DNA from: Verrucomicrobiia bacterium
Lineage (GTDB): Bacteria > Patescibacteriota > Saccharimonadia > Saccharimonadales > JAGQNK01
Direction: 5' to 3'
Length of the DNA stretch: 64,000 nt
Assembly: GCA_035489575.1 (NCBI GenBank)
Contig: DATHJY010000007.1
Location: 1,047 to 65,046, forward strand
Shown one piece after another: positions 56,508-64,000 of the stretch (within the stretch, counting starts at the first letter, position 1; every line of letters starts with the position of its first letter). Both the position numbers and the translations under genes were made by a program. The notes beneath the pieces were generated by a model. It worked only from the letters and a program-made list of their open reading frames with translations, was not told the DNA's origin and made no database searches.

Positions 56508-56623
56508 CGAGTCACAGCAATACGGGTTTGGCTCGGACTGTCTGTCTTTTTATGGCAGTCCGGGTCACACTCGATCGAACATATCCCTTACTCCCCACTG
56601 CCCTTAACCTGCCTTAAACATTT

Positions 56624-58078
56624 CTACGCAGACTTGGCAGCAGCTACTTCTTTCCGGGGAAACAGCGTGCCTTCTATGGGCTGGATAACACCCTGTTCGA
56701 ACACATGACGCATCTTAAGCGCGGTTTCGGGCATGAATGGTTGCAGCATTTGGGCAATTTCTAGCAAGCAGCCGACTTGGTAAGCAAGCACTTCGGCCAA
56801 GTGTTCTTTGTCACCTTCCTTGGCAATTACCCATGGTTTTTGTTCGTCAATATACTGGTTGAGGCCACGGACTTGCTCCCAGACTTCCTCCAGTGCACGG
56901 TCAAATCGGAAGTTATCGAGCGCCTCTAGGTACTGTGATGTATCGTGTTCGGCTCCAGGGATATTACCGATAATGCCGTTTTGGTATTGTTTGATCATAG
57001 CGGCGGTACGCTGCACAGCGTTGCCCAACTCGTTCGCGAGCTCACTGTTATAGACCTCCAGCAATCGGTTGGCGCTGAACTCGCCATCACCATAGCTGGG
57101 GATATGGCGCAGCAGGTAATAGCGGAGGACATCGGCCGAATATTCGTTGATGATATCCATAGGGCTGATCACATTGCCGAGGCTTTTGCTCATCTTGACA
57201 CCGCCAGAGGCATTGATAAACCCGTGCACATACAGAGTTTTGGGCAAAGACACGCCCAGGCCCAACAATATGGCGGGCCAGATAGCTGCGTGGAAACGAA
57301 TGATATCTTTGCCAATCACTTGTACGTTGGCGGGCCAGAACTTTTTAAAATCTTCGTGTTCGGGATAGCCCAGAACCGTCAGGTAGTTCATGAGCGCCTC
57401 GAACCAGACATACATGACCTGCGTGTCATCGCCTGGGGCCGGGATACCCCACGATATCTTGTCTTTAGGTCGAGAAATACTGATGTCTGTCAGGCCATCT
57501 TTGATAACATTCAAGATCTCGTGCTTGCGGGTGGCAGGCACAATCCGGAAACTACCACTTTCTATGGCGGTCTGAATTTGTGGCGCGTATTTGGTCAGTT
57601 TGAAGAAGTAATTCTCTTCTTCTATCGTCTCGTATGGTTTGTCATGGTGGGGACATACGCCCTTGTTGTCTTTGGCCTGAGCCTCGGTCACAAACGCTTC
57701 GCAGCCGGTACAGTACAATCCACTGTAGTTGCCTTTGTAGATGTCACTAGCCAGGGCTTTCCAGATCAGCTGGGCCCGCTGCTCGTGTCCGGCGTCTGTC
57801 GTGCGAATGAAACGGTCGTTGCTGATGTTTAGCGCTTTGGCCAAATCCCGAAAGTTCTGGCTCATCTTCCCAGCAAACTCTTGGGGGGACAGTTTTTGTT
57901 CGGCTGCCTTTTCGGCAATCTTGCCGCCATGTTCGTCGGTGCCAGTACTAAAGATAACCGGCCTCTTTTGCACACGTGCGTGTCGAGCCAGTACGTCAGC
58001 CATGATAATTTCCATAGCAAAGCCAATATGCGGCTCGCCATTAACATACGGAATAGAGGTAGTAATGTAATAATTCAT
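56624..58078 (-). CDS. metG: methionine--tRNA ligase (short form)
   Basis: YITTSIPYVNGEPHIGF (HIGH region) and KMSKS present. Confidence 0.9.
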   Translation of the reverse strand: MNYYITTSIPYVNGEPHIGFAMEIIMADVLARHARVQKRPVIFSTGTDEHGGKIAEKAAEQKLSPQEFAGKMSQNFRDLAKALNISNDRFIRTTDAGHEQRAQLIWKALASDIYKGNYSGLYCTGCEAFVTEAQAKDNKGVCPHHDKPYETIEEENYFFKLTKYAPQIQTAIESGSFRIVPATRKHEILNVIKDGLTDISISRPKDKISWGIPAPGDDTQVMYVWFEALMNYLTVLGYPEHEDFKKFWPANVQVIGKDIIRFHAAIWPAILLGLGVSLPKTLYVHGFINASGGVKMSKSLGNVISPMDIINEYSADVLRYYLLRHIPSYGDGEFSANRLLEVYNSELANELGNAVQRTAAMIKQYQNGIIGNIPGAEHDTSQYLEALDNFRFDRALEEVWEQVRGLNQYIDEQKPWVIAKEGDKEHLAEVLAYQVGCLLEIAQMLQPFMPETALKMRHVFEQGVIQPIEGTLFPRKEVAAAKSA

Positions 58079-58216
58079 ACGGTTTAAGTGTACCTGTTTA
58101 TGAGTGATAAGAGAAAACTAAGAGAATAAGAATATCTACGCCCGCCCGGGCATCATAGTCATAGACTGGCGGTAGATATGTGTCATAAGTATTATTATAA
58201 CACCTTCTAAAAGATA

Positions 58217-58507
58217 CTAGCCGTTCTGCTCTTCGTCGGATCTAAAGCTTTCTAATAATTCCGGAGGATATTTCTCGGAGCCAAAGAATGGGAAGAGCCG
58301 ACCCTTCACTTCAGCGATATACCTTCCTTCGTACAAGTCACTAGTCAAAGTCTCCACATCCTTGTACAAAAGCTTCACTTCAGTAGCGTCAGCCCATTGG
58401 CACATAAAAGCCAATACTGCTTGTTCGTCATTATAGTCACCCGAATCCTCCGAAAAACTAAATTCACAGTACTTACGACCCATACCATAACGACCAACAC
58501 CGTACAA
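58217..58507 (-). CDS. hypothetical protein (TTG start), possibly the 3' part of a frameshifted gene with 58510-58695
   Basis: Two same-strand ORFs are separated by a TGA and a 2-nt frame offset. Confidence 0.35.
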   Translation of the reverse strand: MYGVGRYGMGRKYCEFSFSEDSGDYNDEQAVLAFMCQWADATEVKLLYKDVETLTSDLYEGRYIAEVKGRLFPFFGSEKYPPELLESFRSDEEQNG

Positions 58508-58733
58508 AGTCAGCCTATTGTAAAGCCCCCAGCTTGTTCGTATTTTATGACCGCTAGCTCTGGTGGATCTGCCTCGTCAAACGAGAGTCCTAAGTTAAAT
58601 AGGTCAGAAAACTTCTTCAGGTTCTTGTAGAATTCCATATGTCGTATTAAAACATAGCCATCGAAGTTAAGCGACCGAGACGCGACAACTCCCAACCCCT
58701 ACGCCAACGTTACCCATCCTGCTTGCAGAGCAC

Positions 58734-58797
58734 TATTTCAGGGTCGCATTTCAGGGTCGAACCCTGTTTCACTATTTCAGGGTTCGACCCTGAAATA
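58734..58797. repeat. REP-like palindromic element (copy 2, with an extra partial unit)
   Basis: CTATTTCAGGGTCG, CATTTCAGGGTCGAACCCTG and CTATTTCAGGGTTCGACCCTGAAAT share the same core as 13977-14023. Confidence 0.8.
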
Positions 58798-58912
58798 TGC
58801 TAGAAGAGGCAGGCTTGCCGGGGTAGCTCTTATGGCTCCCGCGCTGTCGGCTTAACTGAAAGCCATTTGTCTGCAAGACCCGAATCAACTGACGAGCGGT
58901 TAATGCTTTCAT
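58772..58912 (-). pseudogene. HicA-family toxin, 3'-truncated and fused into the REP-like element
   Basis: MKALTARQLIRVLQTNGFQLSRQRGSHKSYPGKPA, then the reading frame runs into the repeat and stops. Confidence 0.6.
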
Positions 58913-58921
58913 GTAGTCGGA

Positions 58922-59161
58922 TTAAGCCAGGATCACCTCTGCGATGATTGGATGGGTAGCATGATCAGGGATTGCTTGGTGGGTTGCTTTTAGCTCTTCC
59001 AGCCACAACCCTCAGACCTCGGCAGCCTTTTCCTGAGCCTATTCAAATGTGTGACCAAACGTAACGCACCCCGGGAAGTCCGGGAAAGATACCTCAAAGC
59101 CTCCGTCAGAACTAGGATTAAATAGAGCGATATAACCAGCCGTGACATGAGCCTGTTTCAT
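58922..59161 (-). pseudogene. HicB-family antitoxin pseudogene (in-frame TAG and TGA)
   Basis: MKQAHVTAGYIALFNPSSDGGFEVSFPDFPGCVTFGHTFE*AQEKAAEV*GLWLEELKATHQAIPD. Confidence 0.6.
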
Positions 59162-59232
59162 ACCAACAGTATACCATCCACCTGTGGCAAAAGAATTCAA
59201 CACGTGCCGGTAGGGGTGGGAGGCCGCCAGAG

Positions 59233-59733
59233 CTAGAACAGAGATGCTTGCTGGGGTGGTTTTTCTGTCTCGATGCCAAGCGCCTTGAGCAGCCGCTCGA
59301 CAAAGGGTGCTTGGGCGGGGTGGAGTTTTTGCATTGCTTTGTCTGGCGTGAACCAGCCAGCTTTATCTACTTCTCTGAATTCTTGCTCTTTGCCGCTTTT
59401 GGGCGGCCACTCTATCATCATGCTATTACTGTTGAGTTTTGTAATATCCATGTCGCCCTGGACCGCCCAGCCATATATGGTCTTGCCACTTTTATTCTTG
59501 ACGGTGCCCAGTTCTAGATATTCGCCTGCGGGCAGGGGTTGGCCGGTTTCTTCCTGAAATTCTCGTTTGGCTGCGTCCAGGGCCTCTTCGGTGTCGTTGA
59601 ACTCGCCTTTTGGCAGCGTCCAGGCCCCTTTGTCTTTCTTTGCCCAAAACGGACCACCAGGGTGCACGATCAGCACCTCGACCCCACTTGGCTTTTTCCG
59701 ATACACCAGCACACCAGCACTTTGTTTTGCCAT
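59233..59733 (-). CDS. Nudix hydrolase
   Basis: 166 aa with Nudix box LPKGEFNDTEEALDAAKREFQEETG. Confidence 0.8.
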   Translation of the reverse strand: MAKQSAGVLVYRKKPSGVEVLIVHPGGPFWAKKDKGAWTLPKGEFNDTEEALDAAKREFQEETGQPLPAGEYLELGTVKNKSGKTIYGWAVQGDMDITKLNSNSMMIEWPPKSGKEQEFREVDKAGWFTPDKAMQKLHPAQAPFVERLLKALGIETEKPPQQASLF

Positions 59734-59751
59734 AGTTCAGAGTATAGCGCG

Positions 59752-60468
59752 CTAGCCATCCAAGCTAAAGGTTGTATTGATACCCGCCCGCTGCAGATCT
59801 TCATGATAGGCAATAACCGCCTCTACATGCCCATTGTCGATCCGCTCATGGTCGCGAAGAACAGGAACAGCCCGACTCAGTGAAGTCACGGCGTTCATTT
59901 CGTAGCCCAGTGCCTCCAGATTTGCCCGTGCGTCTTCCTCGCGATCAAAGCCGACCGTCAGACTAACCGCCTGCAGCCCAACCTTCAACAGCACGTTAGC
60001 CCCCTCGATCTTGGATGCTCCGTTGGTCGTATTATCATCCCCTAGATGCACCAGCTGGCCACTTTCGTAATGACCTTCTATCAGCTCCTGGTGCGCACCA
60101 TAGTGCAGCTTGTTTGGGTCTGGGACACGCTCCCACAGATATGACATGCCTGCCTCGTAAGCAGCCACCGCCATCGGGGCCGTGGCTGCTTGGGCCTTAC
60201 CAAATACATGGTCAAACCGCGCATTAATCTCCATAAACCGTTGGGCATAACCAGCGATAGTATTACGAATAAGGTCCTGCTGCTGCTCGATAGGCATGCT
60301 GCCGTCCCTAATCCGACGCTGATCATACGAGAGCAGTGACCGCATGTTGTGGTAGTACGGTGTAACCCTGCCCGACTTCAGGGCAAGACCTCCCTCCGGA
60401 AAGCCCAGCACGCCGCGGTCAAACATGCCGACTATGTATTTCTCCTCATCAAATACTCGCTCCGTCAT
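59752..60468 (-). CDS. phosphoribosyltransferase, orotate-PRT-like
   Basis: LALKSGRVTPYYHNMRSLL resembles the OPRT F-x-L-x-SG-x-x-S-P-Y-Y segment, and VHLGDDNTTNGASK resembles a PRPP loop. Confidence 0.5.
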   Translation of the reverse strand: MTERVFDEEKYIVGMFDRGVLGFPEGGLALKSGRVTPYYHNMRSLLSYDQRRIRDGSMPIEQQQDLIRNTIAGYAQRFMEINARFDHVFGKAQAATAPMAVAAYEAGMSYLWERVPDPNKLHYGAHQELIEGHYESGQLVHLGDDNTTNGASKIEGANVLLKVGLQAVSLTVGFDREEDARANLEALGYEMNAVTSLSRAVPVLRDHERIDNGHVEAVIAYHEDLQRAGINTTFSLDG

Positions 60469-60498
60469 GCCGCCCTCCTGGTTTATGGCTATTATAGC

Positions 60499-62256
60499 TT
60501 AAGCGGCGATTGGCCCCATGGTGTCGGACGTTCGCCAGCGATGGTCACCTTGGTACATACCCTTCGTGGCTCGGTTGTAGTGCATGTAGGTCCTAAAGCC
60601 GGCATACAATGTAGAGAACTCACGGTAGTTGTGAGTAAAGCGCAAGACGTCAATCTGGCGAGCCATGTCAGCTTTTAGACCACGGTCGATAGATAGTTGA
60701 GTCATACGCACCGCCCACGCTTCTGAATTATGAGCGTCCTCGACAAAGCCTGACCGTCCCGGAATAACTTGCAGCGGCATGCCACCCCTCGCAGCTACAA
60801 TGACCGCCTTGTTGTGCCAGATCCACTCCGAAACGCGGTTCTCGAACCCTTCACGCCTGGACGGCTGCAGACCGAACTCGGCCTCGTGCATCAGGACATT
60901 GATAGCCAGGTCGTCATGAGGAACGCGTACTACCTTTATATCGTCCTTGAAGGCTTGGTACTTAGTGGCGCGGGCATGCATGACCAACGCCAACATGTCA
61001 TCACCGTCAGGGTCGTCAATAGACCCATTGCCAGCAATAACTAACGGCCTGATCTGGTCTTTTTTACCCTGGGCAATCATGATCTCTCTGTACCGAGCAT
61101 AGTGTTCGAGGATAGAAGGATTGCCGTCTATATCTACCAGATTTTTGGCCGCATCAAAACGGGCCACAACCGCCATAAATGGTCGATCCCAATCCATCTC
61201 GGCCTGTGTCCAATCCTCGCGGTCCCAGTCTGTGGATGCCGGTATAACATCTGGTCTTCTTTCTGGTTTGCGCTGTTCACTGGTCTTAAGCTGGTCGTCC
61301 CAAAAATCGCGTTTTGCCATCCCCTCTTGCTCGGTAATTCTGCGGTTTAGGTCGTCACCCGCTTCAAAGGGTGCAGGCGCAAAACCCAAGGACGCTTCGG
61401 GGACAACGTCGGGCACAAAAGAGTCTACGGGATGAAAAAGATGCACCTGAGCACGCTCGGCCTTGCCCTCCCAAAAATACTTCCAAATCTGGTGCTGGAT
61501 GGTGTTTGAGTCGGCCACAAGTTCGCGCCTGTTTTCGATATGACTCTGCCATATAGTGGGCATGCCGGGAGGCAAGAAATCGTACAGGCCATGTGGTTGC
61601 GGATCGTGCAAATACGCCAGGTCTACCTGGGCCAGCGAATTCCGCAGAGCTGGCTCTACCTCATCACGAATCCAAGCTTCATACACAGTGATACCAGCCC
61701 GAAATTCCCCACGAGTCATCTCCGGCACGGCAACTCCCTGGCTGTTGTTGTGCCAGTCTTTGGTCACCCTAAAAGCAGTCTCGCTCTCCGGCATCAGCGG
61801 CCATCGTTCGTCTACGCCCAGGTCACGGGACAAAGGCACACGGTTCATCAACCAGTACTGCACCCCGCCACCATTGGCCGTAGGATTTACATTACCAACG
61901 ATCAATCCACGTGACTGGTCGGCTTCGGCCGCCACCCGCTCCAAGTCCCTGACTGCCCATGGTCCGATTTCTTCAGCAAAACGTACTCGGTCAGCAAAAG
62001 TTATATCGCTCTGCACGATAACCTCGCGCGTCTGAGTATCCAGTAATTTACGAGTGACATCTGTTGGATGAGAATAAGACACATAACGATCCGGATCGCC
62101 CGGATCAGGCACAGTGGTAGGCAGTGCTACCTGGCCCACTCTGGTAATAACGTCTTCTGCAGACACCAGGACACTGTTGGCAGCCTCCGTGCTTGCATGA
62201 TCCCCGCTGTCTCCACTAGCAAATCTTTCGCCGGTTTCGGCATCTGGTATTGTCAT
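60499..62256 (-). CDS. GT-B glycosyltransferase, trehalose synthase (TreT)-like
   Basis: C-terminal EGFENRVSEWIWHNKAVIVAARGGMPLQVIPGRSGFV matches the GT4 E-x7-E region. Adjacent to the trehalase gene. Confidence 0.55.
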   Translation of the reverse strand: MTIPDAETGERFASGDSGDHASTEAANSVLVSAEDVITRVGQVALPTTVPDPGDPDRYVSYSHPTDVTRKLLDTQTREVIVQSDITFADRVRFAEEIGPWAVRDLERVAAEADQSRGLIVGNVNPTANGGGVQYWLMNRVPLSRDLGVDERWPLMPESETAFRVTKDWHNNSQGVAVPEMTRGEFRAGITVYEAWIRDEVEPALRNSLAQVDLAYLHDPQPHGLYDFLPPGMPTIWQSHIENRRELVADSNTIQHQIWKYFWEGKAERAQVHLFHPVDSFVPDVVPEASLGFAPAPFEAGDDLNRRITEQEGMAKRDFWDDQLKTSEQRKPERRPDVIPASTDWDREDWTQAEMDWDRPFMAVVARFDAAKNLVDIDGNPSILEHYARYREIMIAQGKKDQIRPLVIAGNGSIDDPDGDDMLALVMHARATKYQAFKDDIKVVRVPHDDLAINVLMHEAEFGLQPSRREGFENRVSEWIWHNKAVIVAARGGMPLQVIPGRSGFVEDAHNSEAWAVRMTQLSIDRGLKADMARQIDVLRFTHNYREFSTLYAGFRTYMHYNRATKGMYQGDHRWRTSDTMGPIAA

Positions 62257-62414
62257 TTTATTCTTTCGTTAGAACGTTAAGAGCTTTAAAACCACAAAAA
62301 TGCGCAAACTGGTTATTAAAATAAAAGCCCCCTTGCCCAAAAGGACGGTGAGCTTACAAAGACAAAAAGCTTGTGTTATTCCTCCACAAGTATGATACAC
62401 CCAATTACATAAGC

Positions 62415-62597
62415 TTAGTCTGTAAAATTGGTGCTAGACAAATGCCACAAACTGCAATGCTGGCAGTGGTAGACCCTTACGCGCGTACCGTGCTGCCACT
62501 CGGTCACCGTGGCGGTCGCCTCGGCTTGTTCCTTGGTATCAAAAGCCAGCTTGTCTGCACATGGCAGACTACTGCTTTGACTCTGGTCCGATTCCAT
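62415..62597 (-). CDS. small Cys-containing (zinc-ribbon-like?) protein
   Basis: MESDQS...CADKLAFDTKEQAE...YHCQHCSLWHL. Overlaps the trehalase 3' end by 29 nt. Confidence 0.35.
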   Translation of the reverse strand: MESDQSQSSSLPCADKLAFDTKEQAEATATVTEWQHGTRVRVYHCQHCSLWHLSSTNFTD

Positions 62598-63855
62598 CAA
62601 TATAATCTTTACAAAAGCGCTCAAAAACAGCGTTAGTCCAGCCAAAGCCTGTTTGTGATGGATAGAGTCCCTTCACGGGTGGCTTGTCAGGAGACACAAC
62701 ATTGTACTTCTCCAAAAATACGCCGTGTTCTTTGTACCAATCTAGGTTGGTTTTGATCCATTTTGTAGCAATGCGCTTGGCATCTTCGTGGTAGCCATAG
62801 CGCTCCAACCCCTGCACCACAACCAGGTGCAATGGAGCCCAGCCATTCGGATAAGCCCACTGAGTGGGCACGGTGGGTATACCAGGCACTCGCTTGGCTA
62901 GTTGCGCCACATCAGTAGTCGCCAGGCCACCCTTGTTCTCGAACCGCTTTAGGGCTTTGACCAACTGTTCGGCTTCTTTTTTGGTGACCATACCGGCCCA
63001 CATAGGAAAATAGGTAGCCAATGAGCTGACCGCACCACGTTTTTCTTTCTTAAAATCATAGTCATAATACAAACCCTTGAGCTTGCTCCACATCAGCCCG
63101 TCCATAACCCGCTTGCGATACTTGGCGGCATCCTGCCATTTGGTTACTTGGTCTTTTTTGCCAATCAATTCGTAATACTTGGCAAAATCCATTTCGTATT
63201 TATACAGCAGGGCGTTCAGATCTACAGGCACAAAGTGGAGAGCCTTGCGTCCAAAACGTGGCGTCATGTCCCAGCCGCTCTCGGCCTCGGCGATATCATG
63301 CAGATAATTAAAGTCGTAGTAACGGCTGAGGCCCTTGTATACCTGGCGAGCATGCGGCTTGCGCGTGCCCATCCATACGGTGTGATATTCGGCCTCGGCA
63401 ACTTTGAGCATTTTGCCCAGCCACTTCTTGTCCATGTTGTAGGCCTCGTAGACGTCCCAAATAAAGCTGCTCAAAAACGGTGGCTGCGAGCGGCTAGTCA
63501 GATACAGGCGGGAGGCGTTGGGAATAATCTTGAACCGCTGGAATAAATAGACCAGGTCTTCGAGGATACCCAGCACCAGGTCTTTGTGCTCGGCGTCTAG
63601 CATGCCCTGCACCATAAAGTAGCTGTCCCAATAGTACAGCTCGTTATAGTCAAACTCGTGACCTTCTTCGTACGATGGCACCAGAAACGGCTTGGGCAGA
63701 CCCACTAGACTTTCGTCGTCTTTGGGGTGATAGCGCTCCACTTTGTGCCAGTAACTGTGAATGTGATCCAGCGCCGGCAGCACGTCTTTGGCGGTTATGT
63801 TGTGGTCGCGCTTCAGCGGACCAAATTTTAATAATTTATCAGTAATACTAATCAT
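62569..63855 (-). CDS. alpha,alpha-trehalase (GH37)
   Basis: GH37 signature-like segments: RSQPPFLSSF, DLNALLYKYE and QWAYPNGWAPL. Confidence 0.8.
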   Translation of the reverse strand: MISITDKLLKFGPLKRDHNITAKDVLPALDHIHSYWHKVERYHPKDDESLVGLPKPFLVPSYEEGHEFDYNELYYWDSYFMVQGMLDAEHKDLVLGILEDLVYLFQRFKIIPNASRLYLTSRSQPPFLSSFIWDVYEAYNMDKKWLGKMLKVAEAEYHTVWMGTRKPHARQVYKGLSRYYDFNYLHDIAEAESGWDMTPRFGRKALHFVPVDLNALLYKYEMDFAKYYELIGKKDQVTKWQDAAKYRKRVMDGLMWSKLKGLYYDYDFKKEKRGAVSSLATYFPMWAGMVTKKEAEQLVKALKRFENKGGLATTDVAQLAKRVPGIPTVPTQWAYPNGWAPLHLVVVQGLERYGYHEDAKRIATKWIKTNLDWYKEHGVFLEKYNVVSPDKPPVKGLYPSQTGFGWTNAVFERFCKDYIDGIGPESKQ

Positions 63856-63904
63856 TACTATTCAGCCTATAAGCCCTGAGTGTTAGCGTCAACCCACGTC
63901 ATAC

Positions 63905-63928
63905 ATTTTCTTAACAAGTTAAGAAAAT
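63905..63928. promoter_or_regulatory. operator-like palindrome upstream of the trehalase gene
   Basis: ATTTTCTTAAC-AA-GTTAAGAAAAT, a perfect 11-bp inverted repeat 50-70 nt upstream of the start codon at 63855. Confidence 0.45.
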
Positions 63929-64000
63929 ACTCGTGACAACATAAGCACATCAGTGTCTACCATGATTCATACTCTTCATCGATAGGAACAAGCTCGATCC

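Overview
Gene-dense 64-kb window. The roughly 50% GC housekeeping backbone lies mostly on the minus strand, and its gene content suggests a small-genome, Patescibacteria/CPR-like (possibly Saccharibacteria-like) bacterium; that taxonomic call is inference only. Backbone genes: mltG-ruvX, ftsA, alaS, mnmA, an F1Fo ATP synthase block (atpF-H-A-G-D ... atpC), cysteine desulfurase, tatD, an NAD salvage set (nadD, nadE, nrtR-like, pncB, Nudix), metG, a trehalase plus TreT-like glycosyltransferase pair, and a large secreted surface-protein locus (21-32 kb). The most unusual content is at least 12 strongly GC3-biased ORFs that sit in gaps between housekeeping genes at 10.8-12.7, 14.9-19.3, 20.5-21.1, 50.2-53.6 and 55.8-56.6 kb. 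Most are packaged as stereotyped mini transcription units: the same AT-rich TTGAtt-N17-TGnTATAAT promoter, a 5' hairpin with a (C/G)GTCTC motif, a unit-specific long leader hairpin, a strong SD, the ORF, then a C-run and polypyrimidine trailer ending in T5-7ATA. Several are bracketed by mutually complementary AGACAG/CTGTCT boxes. The recognisable domains are actinobacterial or actinophage types: DUF397, and a Nudix / deoxyribosyltransferase-like / Rossmann-repeat protein. The backbone also carries a WhiB-like domain fused to an SF2 helicase. Other notable features are three decayed toxin-antitoxin loci (one inside the atp operon, one truncated at a cassette boundary, one cut by a REP-like element), a family of long intergenic hairpins with a CCGTACC..GGTACGG core, and a ~385-nt ORF-free nested-helix element downstream of atpC. 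No rRNA, tRNA, CRISPR array, integrase, transposase or reverse transcriptase was recognised. All calls come from reading the sequence and ORF track; no searches were run.
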